A stretch of 32,000 bases of DNA from NCBI GenBank assembly GCA_000025185.1, contig CP001848.1:5340001-5372000 (forward strand), in the 5' to 3' direction. Positions 1 to 9,441 of the stretch are shown in pieces; within the stretch, counting starts at the first letter, position 1; each line of letters begins with the position of its first letter. This DNA is from Pirellula staleyi DSM 6068. GTDB lineage: Bacteria; Planctomycetota; Planctomycetia; Pirellulales; Pirellulaceae. The position numbers and the translations under genes were made by a program. The notes beneath the pieces are model-generated. The model was not told where the DNA came from, did no database searches, and saw nothing but the letters and a program-made list of their open reading frames with translations.

Positions 1-519
1 AAGACTTCCGTTCCACGTCTGATTGCCGTTTCGGCTACAGCCAAACCGGCATCCACGGAAGATTTGCCGTTTGATGATTGGCTCGAGAAACCGATCGCGC
101 TGCTCGACTTGCTCCACGCGCTTCCAAGCAACTCGTTAATGCACACCGCGCGACAACGGACAGCGTCTCAAGCCTCGGAACGCTGGAATGCGGCGCTCGA
201 TCGATTGAGCGGCAATCACGAACTGCTGCAACTGCTGGCGAGCGATTTTTTGGAAGGTATTCCGCGGATCTCAGCGGATCTGCGGACTGCGGTCAACGAG
301 GGAAACCTCACCGAGCAGCGTCGCATCGTGCATCTGCTGCGAGGGCAAGTTTCTGTCTTTCAAGCGACGCAGCTGGCCGAGGAATTACTGCGTTATGAAA
401 CAGTCGACCATGCTTCGGCGACTCCTCCGGCGATCAACCTACCACGCCTGGAAATGCTTACCTCGGAGCTTTGCGCGGAACTGCGACAGCTGCTGGCTAG
501 CCCGCTCCACTCGTCTTGA
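1..519 (+). CDS. Phosphorelay protein, 5'-truncated by the window edge: C-terminal end of a response-regulator receiver domain followed by an Hpt (histidine phosphotransfer) domain
   Basis: Frame 1 is open from base 1. It reads KTSVPRLIAVSATAKPASTEDLPFDDWLEKPI, the receiver beta5/alpha5 'DDxLxKPI' signature. Downstream, FLEGIPRISADLRTAVNEGNLTEQRRIVHLLRGQVSVFQATQLAEELLRYE fits the Hpt helix with its phospho-His (HxxKG-like HLLRG). Stop at 517-519. Confidence 0.65.
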   Translation, partial: KTSVPRLIAVSATAKPASTEDLPFDDWLEKPIALLDLLHALPSNSLMHTARQRTASQASERWNAALDRLSGNHELLQLLASDFLEGIPRISADLRTAVNEGNLTEQRRIVHLLRGQVSVFQATQLAEELLRYETVDHASATPPAINLPRLEMLTSELCAELRQLLASPLHSS

Positions 520-535
520 TGGGGGCTGGCGATCA

Positions 536-1243
536 CTACTCTCCGCGGAAGCGATAGCCGACCCCTTGCTCGGTAAGGATATACTGCGGACGAGCAGGAT
601 CGACTTCGATTTTGCGACGGAGTCCCGCGACAAACACACGCAAGTAGTGATTCTCTTGCGAATCTTGCGGTCCCCAGACTTCGCGCAGCAGAAATCGATG
701 CGTGAGGACTTTTCCAGCATGCTTGATCATCGTGATCAGCAGCTTGTACTCGAGTGGTGTTAGATGGACTTCCTCTTGCTTGCGATAAACCAGTCGCGAA
801 GCAAAGTCGACTTTCAAATCGCCGATGGTGGTCGCTGTCGCTTCCGTCCCTGTGCGATGCGAGTGTCGCAGCGCGGTTCGCATCCGCGCGAGTAGTTCTC
901 CCATGCTGAATGGTTTCGTGACGTAGTCGTCGGCACCATGATCGAGCGCCTTGATCTTCTGCGACTCTTGATCGCGGGCCGACAAAATGATGATTGGCGA
1001 CGTATACCATTCGCGCAGTTGCTCGAGCACTTCTTGTCCATCGCGATCTGGCAAACCCAAATCGAGCAGAATGAGATCGGGAGGTGGACTCGTAGCAATT
1101 TTGAGTCCTTCCGCTGCGCTCGAAGCCTCTTGGATGCGGTAACCTTCACTGGTGAGCGACGCGCGCAGCATTTTCCGGATCGGTGCTTCGTCTTCGATGA
1201 TAAGGACCAGCGGATCATGCATAAATCGAACCATCGTCTCCAT
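536..1243 (-). CDS. kdpE: KdpE, OmpR-family response regulator of the kdp operon
   Basis: Receiver domain (LVLIIEDE, DLILLDLGLPDRDG, ADDYVTKPF) plus a winged-helix output domain (LTPLEYKLL..., GVGYRF). It starts 8 nt after the kdpD stop. Alternative in-frame ATG starts lie at 1234 and 1222; MHDPLVLIIEDE gives the most typical N-terminus. Confidence 0.9.
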   Translation of the reverse strand: METMVRFMHDPLVLIIEDEAPIRKMLRASLTSEGYRIQEASSAAEGLKIATSPPPDLILLDLGLPDRDGQEVLEQLREWYTSPIIILSARDQESQKIKALDHGADDYVTKPFSMGELLARMRTALRHSHRTGTEATATTIGDLKVDFASRLVYRKQEEVHLTPLEYKLLITMIKHAGKVLTHRFLLREVWGPQDSQENHYLRVFVAGLRRKIEVDPARPQYILTEQGVGYRFRGE

Positions 1244-1251
1244 GGTTGTGC

Positions 1252-3981
1252 TCAGCTGGCACGACTTGAATCACTCGGCGACAAAGGAACTTGCGGAATA
1301 TCTTGAGCGAGTGGCAAATGAATCACAAACTCTGCACCTCCCGCCGGGAGATTTGCCGCTTCAATACGACCACCGTGCACCTTCACGATCGCGCGGCAAA
1401 TGGCGAGCCCCAGTCCACTGCCACGTCCACCATCGGCCGAAGGAAACGCGCGGTAGAACTTGTCGAATACTTTCTCTTCGGCTCCGGCAGGGAGTCCTGG
1501 TCCGTTGTCGGCCACCGTCACACGCACCTCTTGTCCCTCGACCACCGCACGAACCGAAATCGTACTTCCCGCAGTTGTGTACCGCGCTGCATTCTCCAAG
1601 AGATTGACAAACACTTGCTCCATCAGCAAGCCATCGAGACGCAAAAGGGGAAGCTGCTCGGGTATCTGAATGATCAGCTGATGCTGCGTGAGCGATTTTT
1701 CGATCCGACGAATCGACGAACCGACAATCTCTTCGAGCATATGCCACTCGAGATGCGGGGGAGAAGCCCCGGCGTCGAGTTTCGACATCTGCAAAATATT
1801 CTCGAGCAGCCGGCCGAGCCGAACAGCTTCCTCGGCGACGGTCTGCAGCAACTGCTCGCGCGTCGATGGTGGTAGCGACGAGGCTTCGAGCAGCGTGCTG
1901 CTGGCCCCTGCAATTGCCGCCAGCGGCGTTTTTAAGTCATGCGAAACACTGCTCAAGAGACTGCTGCGCACCTGTTCTGCCTCGGCTTTCACGCGCGCGT
2001 CGGCAGCCTCCACTACCAAAGCGTCGCGCTCGATCGAGATCGCTAACTGACTAGCGCACGACTCGAGCAATTGCCGCAATTCCGGTTGCTGAAGCCGGGC
2101 CGCACTCGCAACCGCAACCGCCATCGCCCCATGTACCCGCTGCGAACCAATCAAGGGCAAAAACAAACCGACAGCGCTCGGCAAAGTGCTCGTTCCAGCA
2201 CCTGCCATCTGACCATGCTGAATCACCCAGTGCGCCACGGCACTACTGCCATGTTGCAGAGCAATCGACGACCTCGCTCCAAATACAAGCTCGGGCGATG
2301 GTGCGTGGCGATCGAGATAAATCGCGACTTCCCCTCCCACCATCTCAGCGATTTTTTCACCCGCAGCTTTGGCGAGAAACGAACTTCCATACAACGAGCT
2401 AAGTTGTTTACCAAGTTCGTAAAGTGCAGCGGTCCGGCGCTGACGATCGCGCATGGCTTCGAGTTGTGCGCGGAGTCGCGAGGTGAGAGTACTGATGAGT
2501 AGCGCGATGGCGAGCATCACCGCAAAAGTCACGATGTACTGCGTATCGGCTACCGCAAAGGTGTGAAACGGTGGTACGAAAAAGAAGTCGAAAATGGTCA
2601 CCGCCAGGAGACTTGCCACGATCGCCGGACCACGTCCAAAACGAAAGGCGGCCCAAGCGACCGCAGCCAGAAAAATCATCACGGTGTTGGCCTCAGCATC
2701 GGCAAAGTGCCAACGCTTCATGGCCAGCGCTGCGAGCCCCGCGAGTCCCACGGGAACAGCCGCTTTACCGTACAGCCAGTAGTCGATGGGGGGACGTGCA
2801 GGAGGAGTCGCGACACGTGCCGCTTGATCCTTCTCGCCATGTATCACGTAGACATCGATCTCGCCACTTTGCTCGAGAATCTCGTCGACTACGGTCCCCA
2901 TGAGCAGCCGCTTCCAGCGCGGCTGATCGGTTTTTCCGATCAAAATCTTGGTGACATTCCGCGTTCGGGCATATTCCAGAATGGTCTCGGTCATGCGCTG
3001 GCCAGGTAGCGTGACGGTCTCGGCGCCGAGTCGTTCCGCAAGACGAAAATGCTCTGCAATTTGCTGCGAAGCCGGACTTGTCGAGGAGGCACCGGTTAGA
3101 TCGACCGAGACCGCGATCCAAGGAGCATCGAGCGCACTGGCCATCCGTTTCGCGGTCCGAATCACGCGCGCGGTGGTGGGACTGGGGCCGACGCAAACCA
3201 GCAGTCGATCGGTCGTAGCCCAAGGCTGTCGCACACTCCGCGCACGACGCGCCGATTCGACATCGGTGTGAACACGCCGCGCGGCTTGCCGAAGCGAAAG
3301 CTCGCGGAGCGCCGAGAGATTCGACCTCTGAAAGAAACTTTGAATCGCACGTTTGGCTTGCTCGGGAAGATAGATTTTTCCGGCTTCGAGTCGACCGAGC
3401 AGTTCTTCCGGGGTAATGTCGATAAGCTCCAGCTGATCCGCAGCGTCGAAGACGTGATCGGGTATCGTTTCGCGCACCTGTACGCCAGTGATCTGCCCAA
3501 TCACATCGTTCAGACTCTCGAGATGCTGCACGTTCAGCGTGGTCCAAACATGCAACCCCGACGCGCAAAGTTCTTCGATATCTTGCCAACGCTTCTCGTG
3601 GCGAGAGCCTTCCGCATTGGTGTGGGCCAGTTCATCGACGAGCGTAATCTCCGCCTTGCGAGCGAGCGCTGCGTCGACGTCGAACTCTCGGAGTGTCACC
3701 CCCCGATAGCTCAGCTGCTTGGTCGGCAACGTCTCGAAATCGGCCGCGAGTGCCTGCGTCTCTTTTCGCGCGTGAGGTTCGATATACCCCACAACCACAT
3801 CGCGCCCCTCGCGGCGTGCAGCTTGCGCCGCTTCGAGCATCCCGTACGTTTTTCCGACACCTGCTGCGTAGCCAAAGAAAATGCGAAGCGAACCTCGTTT
3901 ACCGGTCGTTGTGTCATCCAGCTTCTGCTCGTCCTCGGCCAGGGCGAGCAGGGCATCGGGATTGGGGCGCGAATCGGTCAT
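1252..3981 (-). CDS. kdpD: KdpD, osmosensitive K+ channel sensor histidine kinase
   Basis: N-terminal KdpD domain with P-loop GYAAGVGKT, a USP-like segment and a central TM block. H-box SHDLKTPL. HATPase boxes NLLENA, DNGPGLP and GSGLGLAI. The ORF-track start at 4020 is a TTG. The first ATG at 3981 (MTDSRPNPDALL) is preferred, so the 5' end is uncertain by 39 nt. Confidence 0.93.
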   Translation of the reverse strand: MTDSRPNPDALLALAEDEQKLDDTTTGKRGSLRIFFGYAAGVGKTYGMLEAAQAARREGRDVVVGYIEPHARKETQALAADFETLPTKQLSYRGVTLREFDVDAALARKAEITLVDELAHTNAEGSRHEKRWQDIEELCASGLHVWTTLNVQHLESLNDVIGQITGVQVRETIPDHVFDAADQLELIDITPEELLGRLEAGKIYLPEQAKRAIQSFFQRSNLSALRELSLRQAARRVHTDVESARRARSVRQPWATTDRLLVCVGPSPTTARVIRTAKRMASALDAPWIAVSVDLTGASSTSPASQQIAEHFRLAERLGAETVTLPGQRMTETILEYARTRNVTKILIGKTDQPRWKRLLMGTVVDEILEQSGEIDVYVIHGEKDQAARVATPPARPPIDYWLYGKAAVPVGLAGLAALAMKRWHFADAEANTVMIFLAAVAWAAFRFGRGPAIVASLLAVTIFDFFFVPPFHTFAVADTQYIVTFAVMLAIALLISTLTSRLRAQLEAMRDRQRRTAALYELGKQLSSLYGSSFLAKAAGEKIAEMVGGEVAIYLDRHAPSPELVFGARSSIALQHGSSAVAHWVIQHGQMAGAGTSTLPSAVGLFLPLIGSQRVHGAMAVAVASAARLQQPELRQLLESCASQLAISIERDALVVEAADARVKAEAEQVRSSLLSSVSHDLKTPLAAIAGASSTLLEASSLPPSTREQLLQTVAEEAVRLGRLLENILQMSKLDAGASPPHLEWHMLEEIVGSSIRRIEKSLTQHQLIIQIPEQLPLLRLDGLLMEQVFVNLLENAARYTTAGSTISVRAVVEGQEVRVTVADNGPGLPAGAEEKVFDKFYRAFPSADGGRGSGLGLAICRAIVKVHGGRIEAANLPAGGAEFVIHLPLAQDIPQVPLSPSDSSRAS

Positions 3982-4030
3982 GGAAATTGACTTTGCATTG
4001 AAGTACGTCGCGACATCCAATCGACAAGCT

Positions 4031-4603
4031 TTACTGTTGATCGAGTAGCAGATTTAATTTGAGAACATTCACGCGCGGCTCGCCAAGGATTCCGAGCGAG
4101 CGATCCTCGAGATTATTGTCGATCAGCTGCTCGAGCTGCTGGGGATCCATTTTTCGCGCCTTCGCAACTCGCGCGATTTGAAACCGGGCTGCTGCAGGAC
4201 TGATATGAGGATCGAGCCCACTGCCTGACGAGGTCACCAGATCGACTGGAACTTGACGGCTCACTTCCTCGCTCAGAGCAAGCTTCTTCATTCTCGCCTC
4301 CACACTCTCGGCGAGCGACGGGTGAAGTGGGCCATAATTCGAACCGCTCGACGCGCCCCCGTTGTAAGGAGTACCGGAAGTTGCCGAGGGACGCCCCCAA
4401 AAGTAGTCGTCGCGAGAGAAGTTCTGCCCAATAAGTTCCGATCCCACCGCTTGATCATCCACGTACAGCAGACTGCCGTTAGCTTGTCGGGGAAATAGAA
4501 CCTGAGCAATCGCTGTCACGGCGAGCGGATAAGCCACTCCCGTGACAAGTGAGACCATCAGGAGTAAACGGGCGGCTATCAAAAGTTGCTGAAACATAAA
4601 CAT
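4031..4603 (-). CDS. kdpC: KdpC, K+-transporting ATPase subunit C
   Basis: From MFMFQQLLIAARLLLMVSLVTGVAYPL the protein shows the typical KdpC layout: an N-terminal TM helix ending YPL, then QANGSL, LIGQNF, YFWGRPSA, GGASSGSNYGP, DLVTSSGSGLDPHISP and QIARVAKAR. The ORF-track start at 4693 is a TTG that would add 30 non-KdpC-like residues, so ATG 4603 is preferred. Confidence 0.9.
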   Translation of the reverse strand: MFMFQQLLIAARLLLMVSLVTGVAYPLAVTAIAQVLFPRQANGSLLYVDDQAVGSELIGQNFSRDDYFWGRPSATSGTPYNGGASSGSNYGPLHPSLAESVEARMKKLALSEEVSRQVPVDLVTSSGSGLDPHISPAAARFQIARVAKARKMDPQQLEQLIDNNLEDRSLGILGEPRVNVLKLNLLLDQQ

Positions 4604-4701
4604 TCTCTCTGTGAAATTAGCGGGTACCCAGGGAAATTTGCTGCAGTGACGCTTGTAAAAAGGGATGCAGATAGATGCAGCGACTTGATACAACCTGCCT
4701 C

Positions 4702-6771
4702 TCAGGCAAGGCCCAGTGTGGCGAGCAAAAGATCGATTCCTTTGATGCCAACAAACGGAACGATCAGGCCCCCCACGCCGTAAATCAGCAGGTTGTTGCG
4801 GAGCAATTGCACGGCACCAACCGGGCGGTACTTTGCGCCACGCAAGGCAAGTGGAATTAGCGCGATGATGATCACCGCGTTGAAGATCACCGCCGACATG
4901 ATGGCGCTCGACGGCGAGGTGAGTCGCATCACATCGAGGGTTTTCAGAACCGGATAAGTCGTTGCAAAAGCCGCCGGCAGAATCGCAAAATACTTGGCAA
5001 CATCATTCGCGATGCTGAAGGTTGTGAGCGCACCACGCGTCATCAGCAGCTGCTTACCGATATTCACGATTTCGATCAGCTTGGTTGGATTCGAATCGAG
5101 ATCGACCATGTTCCCCGCTTCTTTGGCGGCCTGCGTGCCGCTGTTCATCGCCACAGCCACATCGGCCTGCGCCAGTGCTGGCGCATCGTTGGTACCATCT
5201 CCGGTCATCGCCACGAGACGGCCACCTTTTTGATACTCGCGAATCAACTTGAGCTTCGCTTCCGGCGTGGCTTCCGCGAGAAAATCATCGACACCAGCTT
5301 CGGCGGCAATCGCGGCTGCCGTGAGGGCGTTATCACCGGTGATCATCACCGTCTTGATTCCCATCTGACGCAGTTCGGCAAACCGTTCCTTGATGCCACC
5401 TTTCACAATATCCTTCAGCTCGATCGTACCTAGGACACGTTCGTCGCGGCTGACAACCAACGGTGTGCCGCCAGCACGAGCGATAGTCTGCACCGCTTGG
5501 CGCACTTCGTCGGGAAGAAAACCTCCCAGCGAGCGAACATGATTTTCGATCGCCTCGGCGGCACCCTTGCGAATCTCGTGACCATCGATCGAGACACCAC
5601 TCATGCGCGTGCGAGCCGAGAATGGCAAGAACTCGTGATGACTTTGCGTCAGGTCGCGACCTCGTAATCCAAACTGTTTTTTAGCGAGCACCGCGATACT
5701 GCGACCTTCGGCAGTTTCATCCGCCAGCGAGGCGAGATGGGCCGCTTCGGCCAACTGCTGTTCGGTGGAAGCGGCGGCTGCCACAAAACGTGTTGCCTGG
5801 CGATTTCCCAGGGTAATCGTGCCGGTTTTATCAAGCAGCAAGACATCGACGTCGCCAGCGGCCTCGACAGCTCGCCCCGACATCGCCACCACATTGGCTT
5901 TACTAAGTCGATTCATGCCGGCGATGCCGATGGCCGAAAGCAAAGCGCCGATGGTAGTCGGTGCAAGGCAGACAAACAGCGCGACGAGCACCGTGATCGT
6001 GATCACTTCCCCTTGTCCTGAGACCTCGACGCTAAACTTCGAAAAGGGTAAGAGCGTAGCTACGACGATCAGAAAAATGAGGGTGAGGGCCGACAGGAGA
6101 ATAGCAAGTGCAATTTCGTTGGGAGTCTTTTGACGCTTCGCTCCTTCGACCATGGCAATCATGCGATCGAGAAAACTCTGGCCAGGAAGTGTTTTGACCT
6201 GCACCACTAGCCAGTCGGAGATCACACGAGTCCCGCCAGTGACGGAACTGCGATCGCCACCACTTTCGCGTACGACCGGCGCGCTCTCACCTGTAATCGC
6301 ACTTTCGTCGACCGAGGCGACCCCTTCCACCACTTCGCCATCAGCGGGGATGGTCTCACCAGCGCGGACAATGACGTACTCATTCACGAGGAGATCACTC
6401 GCCGAAACTTCGGTCGCCACGGCATGCTGCTTGGGATCGGCCAGTTTATGAGCAATCACTGTGGTGCGGCTCTTTTTGAGCGAATCGGCCTGCGCCTTGC
6501 CATGTCCTTCAGCAATTGCCTCGGCGAAGTTGGCAAACAGAACGGTAAACCACAGCCAGACAGTAACTCCCAGAACGAACCAGGGGGACTCGTCTGACTT
6601 ACCTCTCAGCATGTTTAGCCACAGCAGCGTGGTAAGAATACTGCCGAGAAACACGGCAAACATCACCGGATTTCGGACCTGAATGCGTGGGTCGAGTTTC
6701 TTAAACGAAGCAGCGATGGCATTAACGACAATCGCGCGATTACCAAACAAGTTTGTGAATGCGTTATTCAT
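4702..6771 (-). CDS. kdpB: KdpB, P-type ATPase catalytic subunit of the Kdp K+ pump
   Basis: 689 aa. Phosphorylation motif [18 protein letters not shown], hinge [21 protein letters not shown] and an N-terminal KdpB-type TM region. Confidence 0.97.
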   Translation of the reverse strand: MNNAFTNLFGNRAIVVNAIAASFKKLDPRIQVRNPVMFAVFLGSILTTLLWLNMLRGKSDESPWFVLGVTVWLWFTVLFANFAEAIAEGHGKAQADSLKKSRTTVIAHKLADPKQHAVATEVSASDLLVNEYVIVRAGETIPADGEVVEGVASVDESAITGESAPVVRESGGDRSSVTGGTRVISDWLVVQVKTLPGQSFLDRMIAMVEGAKRQKTPNEIALAILLSALTLIFLIVVATLLPFSKFSVEVSGQGEVITITVLVALFVCLAPTTIGALLSAIGIAGMNRLSKANVVAMSGRAVEAAGDVDVLLLDKTGTITLGNRQATRFVAAAASTEQQLAEAAHLASLADETAEGRSIAVLAKKQFGLRGRDLTQSHHEFLPFSARTRMSGVSIDGHEIRKGAAEAIENHVRSLGGFLPDEVRQAVQTIARAGGTPLVVSRDERVLGTIELKDIVKGGIKERFAELRQMGIKTVMITGDNALTAAAIAAEAGVDDFLAEATPEAKLKLIREYQKGGRLVAMTGDGTNDAPALAQADVAVAMNSGTQAAKEAGNMVDLDSNPTKLIEIVNIGKQLLMTRGALTTFSIANDVAKYFAILPAAFATTYPVLKTLDVMRLTSPSSAIMSAVIFNAVIIIALIPLALRGAKYRPVGAVQLLRNNLLIYGVGGLIVPFVGIKGIDLLLATLGLA

Positions 6772-6788
6772 AGAAATAGAGCTTTCGC

Positions 6789-8579
6789 TTATCGAAGCGA
6801 AGGAAGTTGCAGTTGTTCGACAATAGGTCCAAGAGCGAGGGCCGGGAAGAAGCTCAAAGCTCCAACCACCAGCACCACAGCGACCAGCAGCACGACGAAC
6901 ATCGGCGTGTGGGTCGGCAGTGTTCCTTCACCTCCAGGGAGAGATTTCTTATTGGCTAGTGAACCGGCCATCGCAATCACGGGGAGCATCACCCAGAAGC
7001 GACCGACTAGCATCGCGAGGCCTAGTAAACCGTTGTAAAAGGGTGTATTCGCGCCGAGTCCCGCCATGGCGCTGCCGTTGTTGTTGCCAGCGGAACTGAG
7101 GGCGTAGAGGACTTCACTAAAACCATGAGCTCCTGGATTAAAAACCGAGGCTCGTCCCGCTGTCGTAGAAACAGCAATGGCGGTACCCAGCAGCACCATC
7201 GCGCACGGTAACAGGATGGCCAGCGATGCCATCTTCATCTCGAAGGCACCGATCTTTTTTCCGAGGTACTCGGGAGTGCGACCGACCATCAGCCCCGAAA
7301 GAAACACGGCGACAACGGCGAACACCAGCATGCCGTAAAGCCCCGAACCAACGCCACCAAAGATCACTTCACCAAGTTGCATGAGCCACATCGTGAAAAG
7401 ACCACCCACTGGTAAGTAGGAATCGTGCATCGAGTTCACCGATCCATTCGAGGCTGCTGTAGTAGCAACACCCCAAGTGGTCGACGACACAATGCCAAAC
7501 CGCACTTCCTTTCCTTCCATATTGCCACCCGGCTGTGAATCGCTGGCAACTTGATCGACTCCAAGATTGGCAAGTACGGGGCTACCGCGCTGCTCGGTAG
7601 CATAAACCGCAAACAGCAAGGGAATGAGCACCACCGACATCGCCGCAAGAATCGTCCACCCTTGTCGCCGGTCGTTCACCATCTCACCGAACGTGTAGCA
7701 AAGAGCGGCTGGGATCAGCAGGATCGAAAGCATCTCGAGGAAATTCGAAATCGGCGTTGGATTTTCGAACGGATGAGCCGAGTTGACGTTGAAATAGCCA
7801 CCCCCATTCGTACCGAGCTGTTTAATGGCAACTTGCGAAGCCACGGGGCCCAAGGCAATGGTTTGTGCTATTGGCTGTGCGGCAGTCGGTTGATCGCCAG
7901 ACGCTTGATCAGCAGCCGCTTGACCAGTATGAGAGATTGTTTGCTCGAGTAGCGGGACCGAGGCGTAGGAGCCGAGCGTTTGCACGACACCTTGCGAAAC
8001 GAGCAGCAGCGCCAGGACTAGCGATAGTGGGAGCAGGATGTAAACGAGACTTCGGGTTGTGTCGACCCAAAAGTTGCCAATCGTTTTGTCGTGATGTCCC
8101 ATGAAGCCACGAATCAGCGCCACCAGAACTGCCATGCCGGTGGCGGCCGAAACAAAGTTCTGCACCCCGAGCGCCAGCATCTGCGTCAGGTAACTCATCG
8201 TGGTTTCGCCGCCGTATCCTTGCCAGTTGGTGTTGGTCGTAAAACTCACCGCTGTGTTGAACGACGAGTCGGGTGATACGTCAGCGAGCCCCGCTGGGTT
8301 GAGAGGGAGGTAGCTTTGCAAACGCTGAATTGCGTAGACCGAAACGAAGCTCACGAGACTCAGCATCACCACACTGGTGGCATACTGCTGCCAGGTCATC
8401 GAAGCTCGAGGATCGATGCCACTGGCGTAGTAGATCAAACGTTCGAGAGGCCCCAAGATTCGATCGGCTAGTTGCTGATCTCCACGATAGACCTTGGCCA
8501 TGTATCTCCCCAGTGGCGCGACACATACGAGCAGCACACCGAGGAACAAAACAATCTGTAGAACGGAGTAGGATGTCAT
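6789..8579 (-). CDS. kdpA: KdpA, K+-binding/translocating subunit of the Kdp pump
   Basis: 596 aa polytopic protein with KdpA selectivity-filter-like motifs ([44 protein letters not shown]). It lies 17 nt upstream of kdpB. Confidence 0.97.
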   Translation of the reverse strand: MTSYSVLQIVLFLGVLLVCVAPLGRYMAKVYRGDQQLADRILGPLERLIYYASGIDPRASMTWQQYATSVVMLSLVSFVSVYAIQRLQSYLPLNPAGLADVSPDSSFNTAVSFTTNTNWQGYGGETTMSYLTQMLALGVQNFVSAATGMAVLVALIRGFMGHHDKTIGNFWVDTTRSLVYILLPLSLVLALLLVSQGVVQTLGSYASVPLLEQTISHTGQAAADQASGDQPTAAQPIAQTIALGPVASQVAIKQLGTNGGGYFNVNSAHPFENPTPISNFLEMLSILLIPAALCYTFGEMVNDRRQGWTILAAMSVVLIPLLFAVYATEQRGSPVLANLGVDQVASDSQPGGNMEGKEVRFGIVSSTTWGVATTAASNGSVNSMHDSYLPVGGLFTMWLMQLGEVIFGGVGSGLYGMLVFAVVAVFLSGLMVGRTPEYLGKKIGAFEMKMASLAILLPCAMVLLGTAIAVSTTAGRASVFNPGAHGFSEVLYALSSAGNNNGSAMAGLGANTPFYNGLLGLAMLVGRFWVMLPVIAMAGSLANKKSLPGGEGTLPTHTPMFVVLLVAVVLVVGALSFFPALALGPIVEQLQLPSLR

Positions 8580-8668
8580 GAAAACTTCTCCGGCATCATC
8601 AAGGCTACGAGTAGGTAGCCTCCCAGTCCGAGTGTCATTACGAGCGATAGAAGGAGTGCGAAGTCCAC
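8576..8668 (-). CDS. kdpF: KdpF, 30-aa hydrophobic subunit of the Kdp pump (absent from the ORF track, found by manual translation)
   Basis: GTG at 8668..8666 is preceded by GGAGG (8680..8676) with a 7-nt spacer. Translation is (M/V)[29 protein letters not shown]. The tail Y-L-x-x-A-L-x-x-P-E-x-F matches what I recall of the KdpF family. The TGA stop (8578..8576) overlaps the kdpA ATG (8579..8577) as ATGA. Confidence 0.75.
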   Translation of the reverse strand: MDFALLLSLVMTLGLGGYLLVALMMPEKFS

Positions 8669-8670
8669 AG

Positions 8671-8763
8671 TTATTCCTCCACCTGCAAACGGCTGAGTAG
8701 AGAGATTGCAGCGAGCGCGAACAGAAAAAATCCGACGCCTGCTGCGAGCCAAACGATGTCCAT
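8671..8763 (-). CDS. Unannotated 30-aa single-TM peptide immediately upstream of kdpF (hypothetical)
   Basis: ATG at 8763..8761 is preceded by AGGAGA with a 7-nt spacer. Translation is MDIVWLAAGVGFFLFALAAISLLSRLQVEE, with TAA at 8673..8671. Its last codons (GTG GAG GAA TAA) carry the kdpF Shine-Dalgarno, and 2 nt separate its stop from the kdpF start. An in-frame upstream ATG at 8790 has no SD. Confidence 0.4.
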   Translation of the reverse strand: MDIVWLAAGVGFFLFALAAISLLSRLQVEE

Positions 8764-8845
8764 GGGTTGTTTCTCCTGAGATAGGTCCATCGATTGAATT
8801 AGAGGCCCGGCGGCATCAAAAGAGGCTCAAATCGAGAGCAGGGCG

Positions 8846-8862
8846 TATCAATTTTTTGTAAA
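8846..8862 (-). promoter_or_regulatory. Candidate KdpE operator (direct hexamer repeat with 11-bp periodicity) in the kdp leader
   Basis: The minus strand reads TTTACA-AAAAA-TTGATA, about 83-100 nt upstream of the first kdp-leader ATG. As I recall it, the E. coli KdpE box has the same arrangement of T-rich direct half-sites (TTTATA-N5-TTTACA). No TSS data. Confidence 0.35.
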
Positions 8863-8952
8863 GAGGCGGTCATTCGGTCGTCTGATCCGGCCGCGAGAAC
8901 AATTGCGAGTGCTCCCACCAGCGGCTAATCTCTCGATTGCTGCGATCTCTCG

Positions 8953-9357
8953 ATGATCATCCGACCAGCAACACCACTTACGAGGTCCTCCACCGTGCAA
9001 CCCGTTCTTCAACCGCTACTGCAAGGGATCGCGTTTGAGCTGCCGATGATCTTGGTTTTTAGTGTTGGCTTGATGCTGACATTCACCTGCTGGAAGGCGC
9101 TCGGTGCTGCTGCGATTCCAGCTTTGGTAGCGATGAGCGTGGGAATTCTCGAGAGCCTTTGCTCCACGCCGATCCGGGTCTTCGGACTAGCGATGCTCCA
9201 AGACAATTCGCCCGAGAGCATTGGAACGTTCTTCAATTGCCTCGCGGTGTTTCACATGCTCCATAACGTCGGACTGACGATCTTGCTGATGCTCGCGATC
9301 TTCCTGGGCCGACCGTCGCTGCACACGCTGAGTCCAGCCAAGTCGCTCCAAGGATAA
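8953..9357 (+). CDS. Hypothetical small integral membrane protein (3-4 predicted TM helices)
   Basis: 134-aa ORF with hydrophobic stretches (LPMILVFSVGLMLTF, AAAIPALVAMSVGIL, GLTILLMLAIFLG). It is divergent from the kdp operon. I recognise no family motif. Confidence 0.45.
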   Translation: MIIRPATPLTRSSTVQPVLQPLLQGIAFELPMILVFSVGLMLTFTCWKALGAAAIPALVAMSVGILESLCSTPIRVFGLAMLQDNSPESIGTFFNCLAVFHMLHNVGLTILLMLAIFLGRPSLHTLSPAKSLQG

Positions 9358-9441
9358 AACGGAAATCAACCGACAATAAACCGATCGCCTTGCGCATCTA
9401 ATTCCATCACGCTGGCTTCCTCTCCCGAATAGGTTTTCACC

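Noticed and set aside
393-1010. 205-aa and other 90-135-aa ORFs overlapping kdpE and the Hpt gene. Similar overlapping ORFs are listed throughout kdpD, kdpB, kdpA, the pump and the MoxR operon.
   Set aside because: All overlap genes with strong family motifs on the other strand or in another frame. They show the Arg/Ser/Cys-rich composition typical of off-frame translation in GC-rich DNA.
4604-4693. N-terminal 30-residue extension of KdpC from the ORF-track start.
   Set aside because: The start is a TTG, the extension has no KdpC similarity, and it would bury the conserved N-terminal TM helix. ATG 4603 is preferred. It is kept as a low-interest finding because the frame is open.
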